This document shows positions 8,464 through 17,817 of a stretch of DNA of 64,000 nt, piece after piece. How positions within the stretch are numbered: position 1 is the first letter of the stretch; every line of letters starts with the position of its first letter. Location of the stretch: the NCBI GenBank assembly GCA_902500805.1, contig CABVSA010000008.1, forward strand, positions 2,260-66,259, in the 5' to 3' direction. Position numbers and translations under genes: made by a program. The notes below the pieces were generated by a model. It did no database searches. It was not told where the DNA came from and worked only from the letters and a program-made list of their open reading frames with translations. This DNA is from an uncultured Nitrospira sp. GTDB lineage: Bacteria; Nitrospirota; Nitrospiria; Nitrospirales; Nitrospiraceae.

Positions 8464-9777
8464 TCAACGGGGGCTGGCGTGAAGCGCAGCTGGCTCTTGC
8501 CCTTCACCACGAATCGTGATGAGGACCAGCAACGAGATGACTGCGCATGCACTGACATACCATCCTGGCGCAAGGGGACTTCCGCTCCGTTCAAAAACCA
8601 TGGTCGCGACCAATGGGGCTGTTCCACCGAACAGTGCCGAAGCCATATTGTACGAAATGGAAAGCCCCGTATATCGGTGAGCAACTGGAAAGAGCATCGC
8701 GACGATGGCAAAGAAGGGGCCCATGTAGGCGGCGACGAAGACGGTCACGGCCAATTGCGCTAGGGCCACCGACACCACGTCTCCACTGCTGAACCAGGTG
8801 AAGAACGGGACTGTGCCGAGCGCGAGACCCATCGCACCGGCAGCGAGCACTCGGCGTGGCCCGACTCGATCGGCCAACTTACCCATGATCGGAATCAGCA
8901 TCGCCATGACGGCCATGCAGACCGTGTTGATGGTTAAGGCTGTTTTCATGGAGAGATCGCTCACCTTTGTCACGTAGGTGGGGAGATAGACAAAAAAGAT
9001 GTAGAACCCCACGCCATGCAGCAACACGAGTCCGATCACTTGGAGCAGCGGTGTCCGGTTCTGACGTGCAAAGTCATGAATCGGCGTCGATGAGACGACG
9101 CCGCTCTGTTGGAGTTGTTCAAAGGCAGGCGATTCAGGAAGATGTCGGCGGAGATACCAGCCGACCAATGCGATGACGCTCCCTGCCAAGAACGGAATGC
9201 GCCAGCCCCAATCATGCAGTGTCTCCTGCGAGAAACTTGCGCTGGCCACGGCACCGATGCCGGACCCCGACAGGGCGCCGATTTGGGCGCTGAAGCCGGC
9301 CCAACTGCCGATATAGCCTCGTTGGTTCGGCGCGGCATGTTCGATCAAAAATGTGACTGATCCCGTAAATTCGCCGCCGACTGAGAAGCCTTGAATAAAC
9401 CGTAAGACGGTCAGCGCAATTGGTGCAAGCAACCCGATCTGTGCATAGGTCGGCAGGAGGCCGAGGAGGCAGGTGGGTATTGCCATGAGGATGATCGACC
9501 AGGAGAGCGCCGACCGCCGTCCTTGCGTATCTCCCCAGTAGCCGAAGCAGAGCGCACCCAGCGGCCTTGCCAGAAAGCCGACGGCAAATACACTGAATGT
9601 GGCGATCAATGACAAGGAAGGATCTGACGTCGGGAAAAACAGGACGGACAAGATGGGAGCAAAGTACCCGAAGAGCGCGAAGTCATACCATTCCAGTACA
9701 TTGCCGATGGCACCAGCCAGGACTGTTCGGCGAAGTGCATGAGGCTTGTCTGGTGCTATAGAGGTGCGATCATTCAT
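8464..9777 (-). CDS. MFS transporter (metabolite:H+ symporter-like)
   Basis: About 12 hydrophobic helices and the MFS signature GALCFGYWGDTQGRR. ATG at 9777 (alternative ATG at 9807). Confidence 0.85.
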   Translation of the reverse strand: MNDRTSIAPDKPHALRRTVLAGAIGNVLEWYDFALFGYFAPILSVLFFPTSDPSLSLIATFSVFAVGFLARPLGALCFGYWGDTQGRRSALSWSIILMAIPTCLLGLLPTYAQIGLLAPIALTVLRFIQGFSVGGEFTGSVTFLIEHAAPNQRGYIGSWAGFSAQIGALSGSGIGAVASASFSQETLHDWGWRIPFLAGSVIALVGWYLRRHLPESPAFEQLQQSGVVSSTPIHDFARQNRTPLLQVIGLVLLHGVGFYIFFVYLPTYVTKVSDLSMKTALTINTVCMAVMAMLIPIMGKLADRVGPRRVLAAGAMGLALGTVPFFTWFSSGDVVSVALAQLAVTVFVAAYMGPFFAIVAMLFPVAHRYTGLSISYNMASALFGGTAPLVATMVFERSGSPLAPGWYVSACAVISLLVLITIRGEGQEPAALHASPR

Positions 9778-9858
9778 CACGGTGCGGTCGAAGGCCCACC
9801 ATACCATGAACCCATGCGTCCCTTGCCTTTTGCATCAAACGCTCGGTAGATTCATCGC

Positions 9859-10383
9859 ATGACAGGCCGTGCTCACGCTGCAAACTCACTGTGCCGATGG
9901 TGCGTCGACACCGTCGGTCGCTTGATGATATCGGGTGTGTTGAGTGGCCTGTTGCTGTCCTGCAGCGGGGAGAACTCGACATCCACATCTCCGAACCAGA
10001 CGGAGAGTATCGCTGGGGTGGATGCCGATGCGAATGGCGTGCGTGATGATGTCGATCGGTATATCGATACGACCTATGCCGGTCAGGCCAGCGCGGACCT
10101 CAACAAAGCTGTCCGTCAGTACGCAAAGGCCGTGCAGTCATCACTGCTTGATGCCGACAGTCACACACTGTCACTGACTCATGCTACGGAACGATTCCGC
10201 GCGCTGGAATGTTTGATGGCGAGGCGACCTGATGAGTTCCATGCGATTTTTGTCGACATTCGCGCGCAACTGTTGAATACGCCAAGCCGTTCCGAGGCCT
10301 ACCTGAACGCCGATGATCAGGTGAAGACCGCGAATATCCCTTTGCTGCCGGCAGACCAATGGGTGACGGCATGTCAGTCATGA
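9859..10383 (+). CDS. Helical lipoprotein of unknown function
   Basis: Contains the lipobox-like GLLLSCSG. The start is uncertain (9859, or ATG at 9925). It overlaps the next ORF by 25 nt. Confidence 0.5.
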   Translation: MTGRAHAANSLCRWCVDTVGRLMISGVLSGLLLSCSGENSTSTSPNQTESIAGVDADANGVRDDVDRYIDTTYAGQASADLNKAVRQYAKAVQSSLLDADSHTLSLTHATERFRALECLMARRPDEFHAIFVDIRAQLLNTPSRSEAYLNADDQVKTANIPLLPADQWVTACQS

Positions 10384-11249
10384 GTACCAACAGGTATCGT
10401 GTGCTCTTGCTCAGTGTTCTCCTTGGAGTGGCTTGGCTTCCTGAGGCAGGCGCACAGGTGCCGGCTCAGTCGGCTTGCCACAATGCGGCAGCCTCTCGTA
10501 CGGCGATCTACTTTGTTAATGGAGTCACGACGACGCGCGATGAAGCGAGGTTGAACGGCGGGAAACTGGAGCTGGAGTTTCTAAGCAAGCTTCCGACGAT
10601 GGCGCCGGCCGTCCAAGCGATGTGTCATCTGTTCTTTCTGAATATTAATCCCACTTCTGGGGCCGTCAAAGATTTTCTCGAGGCAGGCCAACAACGGCTG
10701 GGGCTCACGTCGACGACCTTTTGGCAAGGATTGGAAGGTGCGGGCCTCGCGACATCGGGTGTGATTGCACAGGTACTGCAACGTCCGATCAGCAACGCGA
10801 ATCAAATTGATGATGAAACCATTCAGCGCCATGCGACCGCCTTTCGGGAGCAGATCGCTTCCCCAACCTGCCGTCGCGTGCTCGTCGTTCCACACTCTCA
10901 AGGCAATCTGTACAGTAATGCGTCGTATAACAGGTTATTGGGCCAGGCGCCAACTCCACCGACAGGCACCGTGAAGATTGTCGGGGTTGCGACACCGGCC
11001 GATGTGGTGCAAGGCAACGGACTCTATCGCACGTCAAGCACCGATCTATTGATCAGCGGGATTCGCCTCGTGCTGCGTACCACGTTACCAGCCAACACGA
11101 ATTGGGGGATCAGTCCGCTGCTACTCTCTCCTGCCTATTCCGGCGGGCATAGTTTCATCGGGTACTTGACGGCTGAGCCGAGTCGGACCCAGATTCTTAC
11201 GGACATGGAGTTCTCATTGATCGCGCTGGCTTCCGTCAACCCCTGCTGA
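10359..11249 (+). CDS. Secreted serine-hydrolase-like protein (alpha/beta-hydrolase nucleophile elbow HSQGN)
   Basis: Signal peptide RVLLLSVLLGVAWLPEAGAQ. The motif VVPHSQGNLY resembles the xHSQG lipase/esterase nucleophile elbow. The family was not verified. Confidence 0.5.
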   Translation: MGDGMSVMSTNRYRVLLLSVLLGVAWLPEAGAQVPAQSACHNAAASRTAIYFVNGVTTTRDEARLNGGKLELEFLSKLPTMAPAVQAMCHLFFLNINPTSGAVKDFLEAGQQRLGLTSTTFWQGLEGAGLATSGVIAQVLQRPISNANQIDDETIQRHATAFREQIASPTCRRVLVVPHSQGNLYSNASYNRLLGQAPTPPTGTVKIVGVATPADVVQGNGLYRTSSTDLLISGIRLVLRTTLPANTNWGISPLLLSPAYSGGHSFIGYLTAEPSRTQILTDMEFSLIALASVNPC

Positions 11250-11331
11250 TTCTTCTGTCGGCTTGCACATCCCTGACTCGGACTCGGCATTCAACACTCA
11301 GCGCTGAGCACTCAGGCCTCAGCACTCGTCC

Positions 11332-12267
11332 TCACTGTTCCTTGAGTAACGCAAATTGTTGTTTCAAAGCGGCAATCTTTAGAAGGTAAGTTCGGAGATC
11401 ATGGGCGCCACAGTGCTGGTGCGTTGTTAGGCGATAGTTATGGATGACGTAATTGCGGCCGGTTCCGGCTCCGCAAAGATGAATGACGGCGGCCAGCTCT
11501 TGTTTCTGTTCGAACGTGGCCCCTCGATCACCGACTAACCGAGTGACGTATCGGTCGAGCAGCGCGGAGGTCATCTCCATGGCATGTCCGGGAATGACTC
11601 GGCTATACAGACTGTTGAACCAACAGGAATTGAAATTGTTCCAGGGCCCATCTTCGACGACGACATGGTTGTGGATGCAATACCGTTTCGCTTCTTGAAA
11701 CGTGCCGTCGGTGATCTGAAACATCCCGACGGCCGATGAGGCCGGTCGATACCAATCCAACGGATTCTGCGCGGTAAAGCGCCATTTCCAATAGGTTCGG
11801 GCGACGGGATTGCCGGAGCCTTCAGCTTGTGCGAGGGCTGCCAGCAGCTCGGGTGTGATGACGGTTGTCGAATGGACTTTGAACAGCGCCCCGTATTCCG
11901 CCCAGGTTTCACGGGGGCTCTTGTGAAAGGCCGGTTCCACTGGAAAGAACAGTTCTGTCGGCTTGTAGTAGGCGTGATAGATCCAGTTGATGGTGAGGGC
12001 CGCCGTGATGAGGATGGCCACCGTGCTCCAGACTTGTATGGTTGGTGGAGCCTTTCGGATGGCACGCAGACATACGGTCAGTACAGACCAACTTCCCCGA
12101 GCGACGCGCATCAGGGGATGGGCCGAACGCTGAGAGCGGGACGGGATATGAGGGGCACCGTGACGACGCGACATGGTGTCGGGATAACAATGACCAGATG
12201 AACTGGTTCTGTCAACGGGGGCCATCCGTGGGATTTCTTGAGGCAATGGCGGGAGGGATGGAGCCAA
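11332..12267 (-). CDS. Lytic transglycosylase (SLT domain)
   Basis: Catalytic-Glu motif LAQAEGSGNP and the AVGMFQITDGTF motif typical of SLT domains. The N-terminal TM segment is WSTVAILITAALTINWIY. The start codon is uncertain within the first ~60 codons. Confidence 0.8.
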   Translation of the reverse strand: MAPSLPPLPQEIPRMAPVDRTSSSGHCYPDTMSRRHGAPHIPSRSQRSAHPLMRVARGSWSVLTVCLRAIRKAPPTIQVWSTVAILITAALTINWIYHAYYKPTELFFPVEPAFHKSPRETWAEYGALFKVHSTTVITPELLAALAQAEGSGNPVARTYWKWRFTAQNPLDWYRPASSAVGMFQITDGTFQEAKRYCIHNHVVVEDGPWNNFNSCWFNSLYSRVIPGHAMEMTSALLDRYVTRLVGDRGATFEQKQELAAVIHLCGAGTGRNYVIHNYRLTTHQHCGAHDLRTYLLKIAALKQQFALLKEQ

Positions 12268-12354
12268 TCAACAATCTTGCATTACGGTTGCTAGAAGGCT
12301 CAAGATGGCCGCCCAAGTTGAGGGATGTGCGGCAAGATTGTTGGAGGGGAATCT

Positions 12355-12864
12355 ATGCAACGACTGGTTGCGCTCGCTGTTGGTCTCATCGTGGCGATGA
12401 TCTCGCCACCGGTATTTTCCGAATCATTTACGGACAAGGCGAAAAACGACGGTACGGTTGAGATCAGCGATGAGGACCCGGCCATGCAGAAAGCCATGGC
12501 GCGGGCACGTGCCGGACTGGAGGGCTTTCTGAAAAAGGCAGGATCGCCGCCGTCCGATACCGGCCAATACTCCGTGAAGGTTCGCGTCAGCGAAGGGGAG
12601 AGTCTCGAATATCTCTGGATTTCCGATCTGAAAGGCCAAGGCGATCTGTGGTCGGGGCGGATCGAAAATGTGCCGGTGGTTCGATCGCTGAAGAAGGGCC
12701 AGGCCTATTCGTTTGCGAAGACGGAGATTGTCGACTGGACGTATGTCGATAAAGCCAGGAAAAAAGTCATCGGAAACTTCACGACCTGTGCGCTCTTGAC
12801 CAAAGAATCCCCCGAGGTGGCCCAAAAGATTCAGAAACAATATGGCCTGGACTGTGACCGATAG
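12355..12864 (+). CDS. DUF2314 (YegJ-like) domain protein, exported
   Basis: The SD GGAGGGG lies 5 nt before the ATG at 12355. Signal peptide MQRLVALAVGLIVAMISPPVFS. The core VKVRVSEGESLEYLWISDL...WSGRIENVP resembles DUF2314. Confidence 0.6.
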   Translation: MQRLVALAVGLIVAMISPPVFSESFTDKAKNDGTVEISDEDPAMQKAMARARAGLEGFLKKAGSPPSDTGQYSVKVRVSEGESLEYLWISDLKGQGDLWSGRIENVPVVRSLKKGQAYSFAKTEIVDWTYVDKARKKVIGNFTTCALLTKESPEVAQKIQKQYGLDCDR

Positions 12865-13184
12865 TCCTCACTATCCAGGATCCTGTGTCAGTCAGGCTTG
12901 TTGGGATTCACCCACCGCAGTTAGGACGATTCGTACCAAAACCGCCGGGATCGCGCATCTCGTGAAACCTCACACGTGAAGCGTATCTCGCTTCGGATTA
13001 AGACACTTCACGCTTCACGAACGACGATCGGCGGATATGGTCGCAGCGGCGCGTCGGTGGTTGTACCAGAAAAACCCTGGAAGCATGTTGGCCAGGATTT
13101 CGTCCTGCTGATTCTTCCGGAACTCGTGCCAAAACGTCTTGCTGGTGCTACTGTGGATCCACTGCTATCCGTGCATGGATCTTC

Positions 13185-14699
13185 ATGGGGCCAGCGAGAC
13201 TCTACCAACTGTTTCCCTCTCCGGATTGGGACGAGACGGATCTCGACACGTCGACGGATCCCTTTCACCCTGAGGGGCGATTTCAGACTGCCGCCAAGAA
13301 GAAAGCGATCCGTGATCATTTTGATGCCTGCGCGCCACATCGGCTGTCGTGGGAGCAGAAGGCCCGCGCTTACTATGAGGATCAGATTCGATATCTCAGA
13401 TTTCTCGTGCCCGAGGGATTACGGGTCTTGGAAATTGGGTCAGGGATCGGCAATCTCCTTGCCGCGTTGAAGCCATCGCGCGGGCTTGGCATCGACTTGA
13501 GTCCTGCCATGGTGAACGAGGCGACCCAACGTCATCCGACTCTGGAGTTTCGGGTCGGGGATGTTGAAACGCTGCAGCTCGACGAATGTTTCGACATCAT
13601 CATTCTTGCGGACGTGGTCGGCCATCTCCTCGACGTCCAGACGGCGTTCAAGCGGCTGCGCCGTCTCTGTACTCCCCAAACAAGGGTGGTGGTGTCCTCC
13701 CACAACCATGTGTGGGAACCGATCCTCCGGCTGTGTGAAAAGGTTGGGCTAAAGATGCCGCAGCGTGAGCACAGCTGGCTCTCGCCGGCGGATCTCACAA
13801 ATCTGTTGTACCTCGCGGACTTTGATGTGGTGAAGGTGGAGCAACGATTGTTGCTGCCACTGCGTATTCCGCTCCTTGCTCCCTTGTGCAACAGATTGCT
13901 GGCCTATCTTCCGGGGTTTCGTGGGCTCTGTGTCTCTCATTATGTGATCGCTCGCGCGAGGCTCCGGAGGCCGGAGCGGCCCTATTCAACGACGATCGTC
14001 ATTCCCTGCCGAAACGAACAAGGCAATATCGATGCGACACTCCGGCGGATTCCACAGTTTGGAGGCCGTCAAGAGATCCTCTTTGTGGATGGGCATTCGA
14101 CAGACGGGACGGCAGATGAGATTAAACGTGTCATGGCATTTTACCCTGGGAGGAATATCAAACTGCTGACACAGGACGGGCAAGGGAAAAGTGATGCGGT
14201 CCGCAAGGGGTTTTCCCATGCGATGGGCGACATCCTCATGATCCTGGACGCAGACGCGACCATGCCGCCGGAAGCCCTCCCGAAATTCTATGAAGCCATC
14301 GCAAGTGGAAAAGGCGAATTGATCATCGGCTGTCGGCTGATCTATCCCCAGGAGGGGCAGGCGATGCGCCTGCTGACGCTGTTTGGAAACAAGGTGTTTG
14401 GGATAGCATTCTCTTGGTTGCTCAACCAGCGGATCAAGGACACACTGTGTGGCACAAAGGTCTTATTCCGTCGGGACTACGAACGCCTAACGGCTAATCG
14501 GTCGTACTTCGGCGACTTCGACCCTCTCGGAGATTTTGATTTATTGTTCGGTGCGTCAAAGCTCAATCTACAGATGGTGGAGATTCCCGTTCGGTATGAA
14601 GCGCGGACGTTCGGCAGCGCGACGATTCGACGGTTTACACAGGGAAGGTTGTTGCTCAAGATGGCGGTCTACGGATTCCTTCGTCTCAAGGCTGTATGA
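13185..14699 (+). CDS. Bifunctional class I SAM-dependent methyltransferase / family 2 glycosyltransferase
   Basis: The N-terminal half carries SAM motif I, VLEIGSGIGNLL. The C-terminal half has the GT2 signatures TIVIPCRNEQGNI and ILDADATMPPE. Confidence 0.85.
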   Translation: MGPARLYQLFPSPDWDETDLDTSTDPFHPEGRFQTAAKKKAIRDHFDACAPHRLSWEQKARAYYEDQIRYLRFLVPEGLRVLEIGSGIGNLLAALKPSRGLGIDLSPAMVNEATQRHPTLEFRVGDVETLQLDECFDIIILADVVGHLLDVQTAFKRLRRLCTPQTRVVVSSHNHVWEPILRLCEKVGLKMPQREHSWLSPADLTNLLYLADFDVVKVEQRLLLPLRIPLLAPLCNRLLAYLPGFRGLCVSHYVIARARLRRPERPYSTTIVIPCRNEQGNIDATLRRIPQFGGRQEILFVDGHSTDGTADEIKRVMAFYPGRNIKLLTQDGQGKSDAVRKGFSHAMGDILMILDADATMPPEALPKFYEAIASGKGELIIGCRLIYPQEGQAMRLLTLFGNKVFGIAFSWLLNQRIKDTLCGTKVLFRRDYERLTANRSYFGDFDPLGDFDLLFGASKLNLQMVEIPVRYEARTFGSATIRRFTQGRLLLKMAVYGFLRLKAV

Positions 14700-14795
14700 G
14701 AACCCTCTCCGCTTGTACGGAGCTTGCCGAGAGGCTCAGTGCGATCCTATCGAGAGAACGTCGAAGATTTCGCCTCGAGAATCGATGCAACCTGC

Positions 14796-14825
14796 TTGCA
14801 AGCCGGAAGAGGCCCCACCTATAAT
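14796..14825 (+). promoter_or_regulatory. Sigma70-like promoter upstream of ndk
   Basis: TTGCAA (14796-14801), an 18-nt spacer, then a perfect TATAAT (14820-14825), about 50 nt upstream of the ndk ATG. Confidence 0.45.
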
Positions 14826-14877
14826 GTGCCCGCTATCTCAGTGGATCTGTTAACAATTTGGAGGAGTCGGAGCGATC

Positions 14878-15297
14878 ATGAACGAACGAACATTGGCCAT
14901 TATCAAGCCGGATGCTGTCAAGAAGAATGCCATCGGAGATATCATTCACCGATACGAACAAGCAGGACTGAAGGCGATTGCTATCAAGATGATTCACATG
15001 TCGCAGTCCGTGGCGGAAGGGTTTTACTCGGTGCACAAGGCGCGTCCGTTTTTCGGGAGTCTGTGTGCCTTCATGTCGTCCGGTCCGGCTGTGGTGATCG
15101 TGCTGCAAGGTGAGAATGCGATCAAGAAGAATCGGGAGTTGATGGGTGCGACGGATCCTGCAAAGGCCGATCCAGGAACCATTCGCAAAGCCCATGGAAC
15201 GAACATTGAATTTAATGCCGTCCATGGATCAGACTCACCGGAAACCGCTCAGTTTGAGGTCGGATATTTCTTCCCAGGCTTGGAGATCTTTGGATAG
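14878..15297 (+). CDS. ndk: Nucleoside diphosphate kinase
   Basis: [14 protein letters not shown]..., the NAVHGSD active-site His motif, 139 aa, and the SD GGAGGAG upstream. Confidence 0.97.
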   Translation: MNERTLAIIKPDAVKKNAIGDIIHRYEQAGLKAIAIKMIHMSQSVAEGFYSVHKARPFFGSLCAFMSSGPAVVIVLQGENAIKKNRELMGATDPAKADPGTIRKAHGTNIEFNAVHGSDSPETAQFEVGYFFPGLEIFG

Positions 15298-15310
15298 CAC
15301 GCGTGAGAAC

Positions 15311-15341
15311 CGGGTCGGCGATGGTGGCCGGCCCGTTTCTT
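15311..15341 (+). terminator. Intrinsic terminator after ndk
   Basis: 9-bp stem cgggtcggc / gccggcccg (one G-U pair), loop gatggtg, then tttctt. Confidence 0.6.
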
Positions 15342-15368
15342 GACAATGCCGACCGCTCCCACTACGAT
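15340..15368 (+). promoter_or_regulatory. Sigma70-like promoter upstream of gcvH
   Basis: TTGACA (15340-15345), a 17-nt spacer, then TACGAT (15363-15368). Confidence 0.4.
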
Positions 15369-15468
15369 CTTGAACAGGTGACTAGGTCAAGGTTGAGGCT
15401 GAGTAGTCGGTTGCCTATCCTTCCCCGAACCTTAGCCTCGCATAGTGAATCTCAAGAACGGAGCCGAC

Positions 15469-15855
15469 ATGATTCCATCCGATTTACGGTATCACCAAGA
15501 GCATGAATGGGTTCGAGTTGACGGCAAACAGGCCACGGTGGGGATCAGCCACTTCGCGCAGGATGCGTTGGGGGACATCGTCTTTCTGGACCTTCCCAAG
15601 GTCGGGGCGACCGTGAAGGTCGGGCAACAGATTGGGGAAGTCGAGTCGACCAAAACCACATCAACGATCTACACGCCGGTCAGCGGGACGGTCACCAAGA
15701 TCAATACGGATCTGAAAGATCATCCTGAGGTGGTGAATTCAGATCCCTATGGCAAGGGATGGATGGCGGTCATAGAGCTGAGCAGTCCCGGAGACGTCGA
15801 TCAACTGATGACGGCCGCGCAATACGAAGCCTTTCTCGCCAGTCAGAAGCATTGA
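15469..15855 (+). CDS. gcvH: Glycine cleavage system H protein (lipoyl carrier)
   Basis: YHQEHEWVRVDG, GISHFAQDALGDIVF and the lipoyl-Lys motif VESTKT. GGAG lies 6 nt before the ATG at 15469; the ORF-track start at 15445 is upstream of this SD. Confidence 0.93.
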   Translation: MIPSDLRYHQEHEWVRVDGKQATVGISHFAQDALGDIVFLDLPKVGATVKVGQQIGEVESTKTTSTIYTPVSGTVTKINTDLKDHPEVVNSDPYGKGWMAVIELSSPGDVDQLMTAAQYEAFLASQKH

Positions 15856-15946
15856 CATTCGTGTCCGTTGGATCGGTGAGCCATTGTGTGATTGAATCAT
15901 TGGTACCCATTGGCAATGTCTCAATCAACGATGAGCATCTGATCCG

Positions 15947-17380
15947 ATGACCTCCTCACCTCACATCGCGATTCTTGGAGCCGGCCCTGGCGGCTATGTC
16001 GCAGCGATCCGTGCGGCTCAGCTAGGCGCACGAGTCACTGTCATCGAGCGAGAGAAGCTCGGCGGAGTCTGCCTCAACTGGGGCTGTATTCCCAGCAAGG
16101 CGCTGCTTTCCGTCGTGGAGCTTGGGGACAAGCTCAAGAAGGCGGAGGATCTGGGGCTCATACTCCAGGCACCGGCGACGTACGATCTTGCTCGCATGGT
16201 GGCTCGCAAAGAGAAGGTGGTTGCGACGCTCGTGAAAGGGATTGCGACACTGTTCAAAGGTTGGGGGATCGAACAGGTCACTGGGCAAGGGGTTGTCAAG
16301 GACGCACGTACCCTAGCCGTGACACTCCCGGATGGAGCACAGCGTGAGATTCAGGCCGATGCACTGGTGATCGCGACCGGCTCCTCCTGGCCGAACCTTC
16401 CGCAATTTCCCATCGATGGTCGGCAGATTGTGACGAGTCAACAGATGCTTGACCTGACACAGGTTCCGGCCAGCCTTGCCATTTTGGGTGGTGGGGTGGA
16501 GGGATGCGAGTTCGCTGCGTTGTACAGCGGTCTTGGGACACAGGTCACCATCCTTGAACTCATGCCGCGGCTCCTTCCATTGGAGGATGAGGAGATTTCG
16601 TCCACCATGGAGCGTGAATTGAAAAAGCGGGGCGTGACCGTGATAATCGGCACGACGGTGGAGAAATTTGAGCGGTCACCTGAGTCGTTGATGCTGTCGT
16701 TGAAAGACGGGAGCACGATCGCGACAGAGAAACTCTTGGTCTCGGTGGGGCGAGGATTCAACTCGCGAGGAATCGGATTGGAACAGGTCGGTGTTGCGCT
16801 TGGGCGTCGTGGCGACGTACTGGTTGATGAACACCTGCGCACAAACGTTCCGGGCATCTATGCGATTGGTGATGTGACAGGCAAGGCGATGTTGGCCCAT
16901 ATCGCATCAACGCAGGGGCAGGTAGCGGTTGAGAATATTTTAGGACATCAACGGACAATAGATTATGAAATTATCCCAGCCGGCATCTTCACTCTACCTG
17001 AGATCGGACGGGTGGGATTGACCGAGCACCAGGCTAGAGCTCGAGCGGAGCAGAACGGCAAAGATCCGAACCAGGCAGTGAAGGTTGGACGATTTCGCTA
17101 CGGGGCATTGGGCAAGGCTCAGGCGACGGGAGACACGACCGGGTTCTACAAAGTCATTGCCGATGCAGAGACCGATCGGATCCTGGGCATGCATATCCTC
17201 GGGGCCCATGCGGCGGATCTCATTCATGAACCGGCGTTGGCGATGCAAGTTGGGGCGACGGCCAGCCAAGTCGCTCGTCTCATCCATGCCCATCCGACAC
17301 TCGCTGAAGGCGTGATGGAATCAATGGAAGATCTTGATGGAGGGGCCATTCACCAGTTGAGAAAGACGGGGAAGGGATGA
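15947..17380 (+). CDS. lpdA: Dihydrolipoyl dehydrogenase (E3)
   Basis: FAD motif GAGPGGYVAA, redox disulfide GGVCLNWGCIPSK, and the C-terminal HAHPTLAE dimer-interface motif. Confidence 0.95.
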   Translation: MTSSPHIAILGAGPGGYVAAIRAAQLGARVTVIEREKLGGVCLNWGCIPSKALLSVVELGDKLKKAEDLGLILQAPATYDLARMVARKEKVVATLVKGIATLFKGWGIEQVTGQGVVKDARTLAVTLPDGAQREIQADALVIATGSSWPNLPQFPIDGRQIVTSQQMLDLTQVPASLAILGGGVEGCEFAALYSGLGTQVTILELMPRLLPLEDEEISSTMERELKKRGVTVIIGTTVEKFERSPESLMLSLKDGSTIATEKLLVSVGRGFNSRGIGLEQVGVALGRRGDVLVDEHLRTNVPGIYAIGDVTGKAMLAHIASTQGQVAVENILGHQRTIDYEIIPAGIFTLPEIGRVGLTEHQARARAEQNGKDPNQAVKVGRFRYGALGKAQATGDTTGFYKVIADAETDRILGMHILGAHAADLIHEPALAMQVGATASQVARLIHAHPTLAEGVMESMEDLDGGAIHQLRKTGKG

Positions 17381-17817
17381 TCAAGTCTCTACTCCTCAAA
17401 CTGGCAATGTTGGCTGTCACGACAGGAATTGTCTTGTGGCTGGGAGGGGTGCGCCACGTGCCTATCCAATTGTCTGGTGTGTCCACGCAGGAGCAGACTG
17501 CGAGGGGTGTGAACGGTCCCGGTCAACCTGCGCTTGATCAGAATCGTGTGGTATCGGCTAAGGTGGCCACCCTGCACGATTCAGCCTTGCTGGATCTGAA
17601 TCGGGCCACTGCCGATGAACTGGAAGCGTTGCCAGGTATTGGTGCGGTCCTGGCGCAACGGGTGGTAGCGTTTCGAGAGTCGGCAGGACGGTTTCGGACC
17701 GTTGATGATCTGCGTGGCGTCAAAGGGATCGGCGCCAAGAAATTTGATCGCCTCAAGTCATTGATCACAGTCTCCACCAGCGAGACACAACGAGAGACGG
17801 AGCGACGTGCGTCATGA
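17377..17817 (+). CDS. comEA: ComEA-like helix-hairpin-helix DNA-binding protein
   Basis: N-terminal TM segment, then [30 protein letters not shown]...[13 protein letters not shown]. It overlaps the lpdA stop by 4 nt. Confidence 0.8.
   Translation: MIKSLLLKLAMLAVTTGIVLWLGGVRHVPIQLSGVSTQEQTARGVNGPGQPALDQNRVVSAKVATLHDSALLDLNRATADELEALPGIGAVLAQRVVAFRESAGRFRTVDDLRGVKGIGAKKFDRLKSLITVSTSETQRETERRAS

Noticed and set aside
8415-8711. Upstream extension of the P450 ORF (570-aa version)
   Set aside because: It overlaps the 3' end of the MFS gene by ~250 nt and encodes a non-P450, Arg/Ser/Trp-rich sequence. The ATG at 8414 gives a normal-length (~471 aa) P450.
11297-11308. Palindrome ctcagcgctgag and the neighbouring cagcactcag-like repeats between convergent genes
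   Set aside because: It is a 12-nt palindrome with no loop, so the hairpin would be too short, and no T-tract follows. It is not convincing as a terminator or as a repeat family, and its resemblance to the riboswitch insertion is only a few bases.
12976-13470. 164-aa plus-strand ORF upstream of and overlapping the methyltransferase/GT2 gene
   Set aside because: It has a GTG start inside an inverted-repeat region and an Arg-rich, low-information sequence. It is out of frame with the well-supported 13185 ORF.
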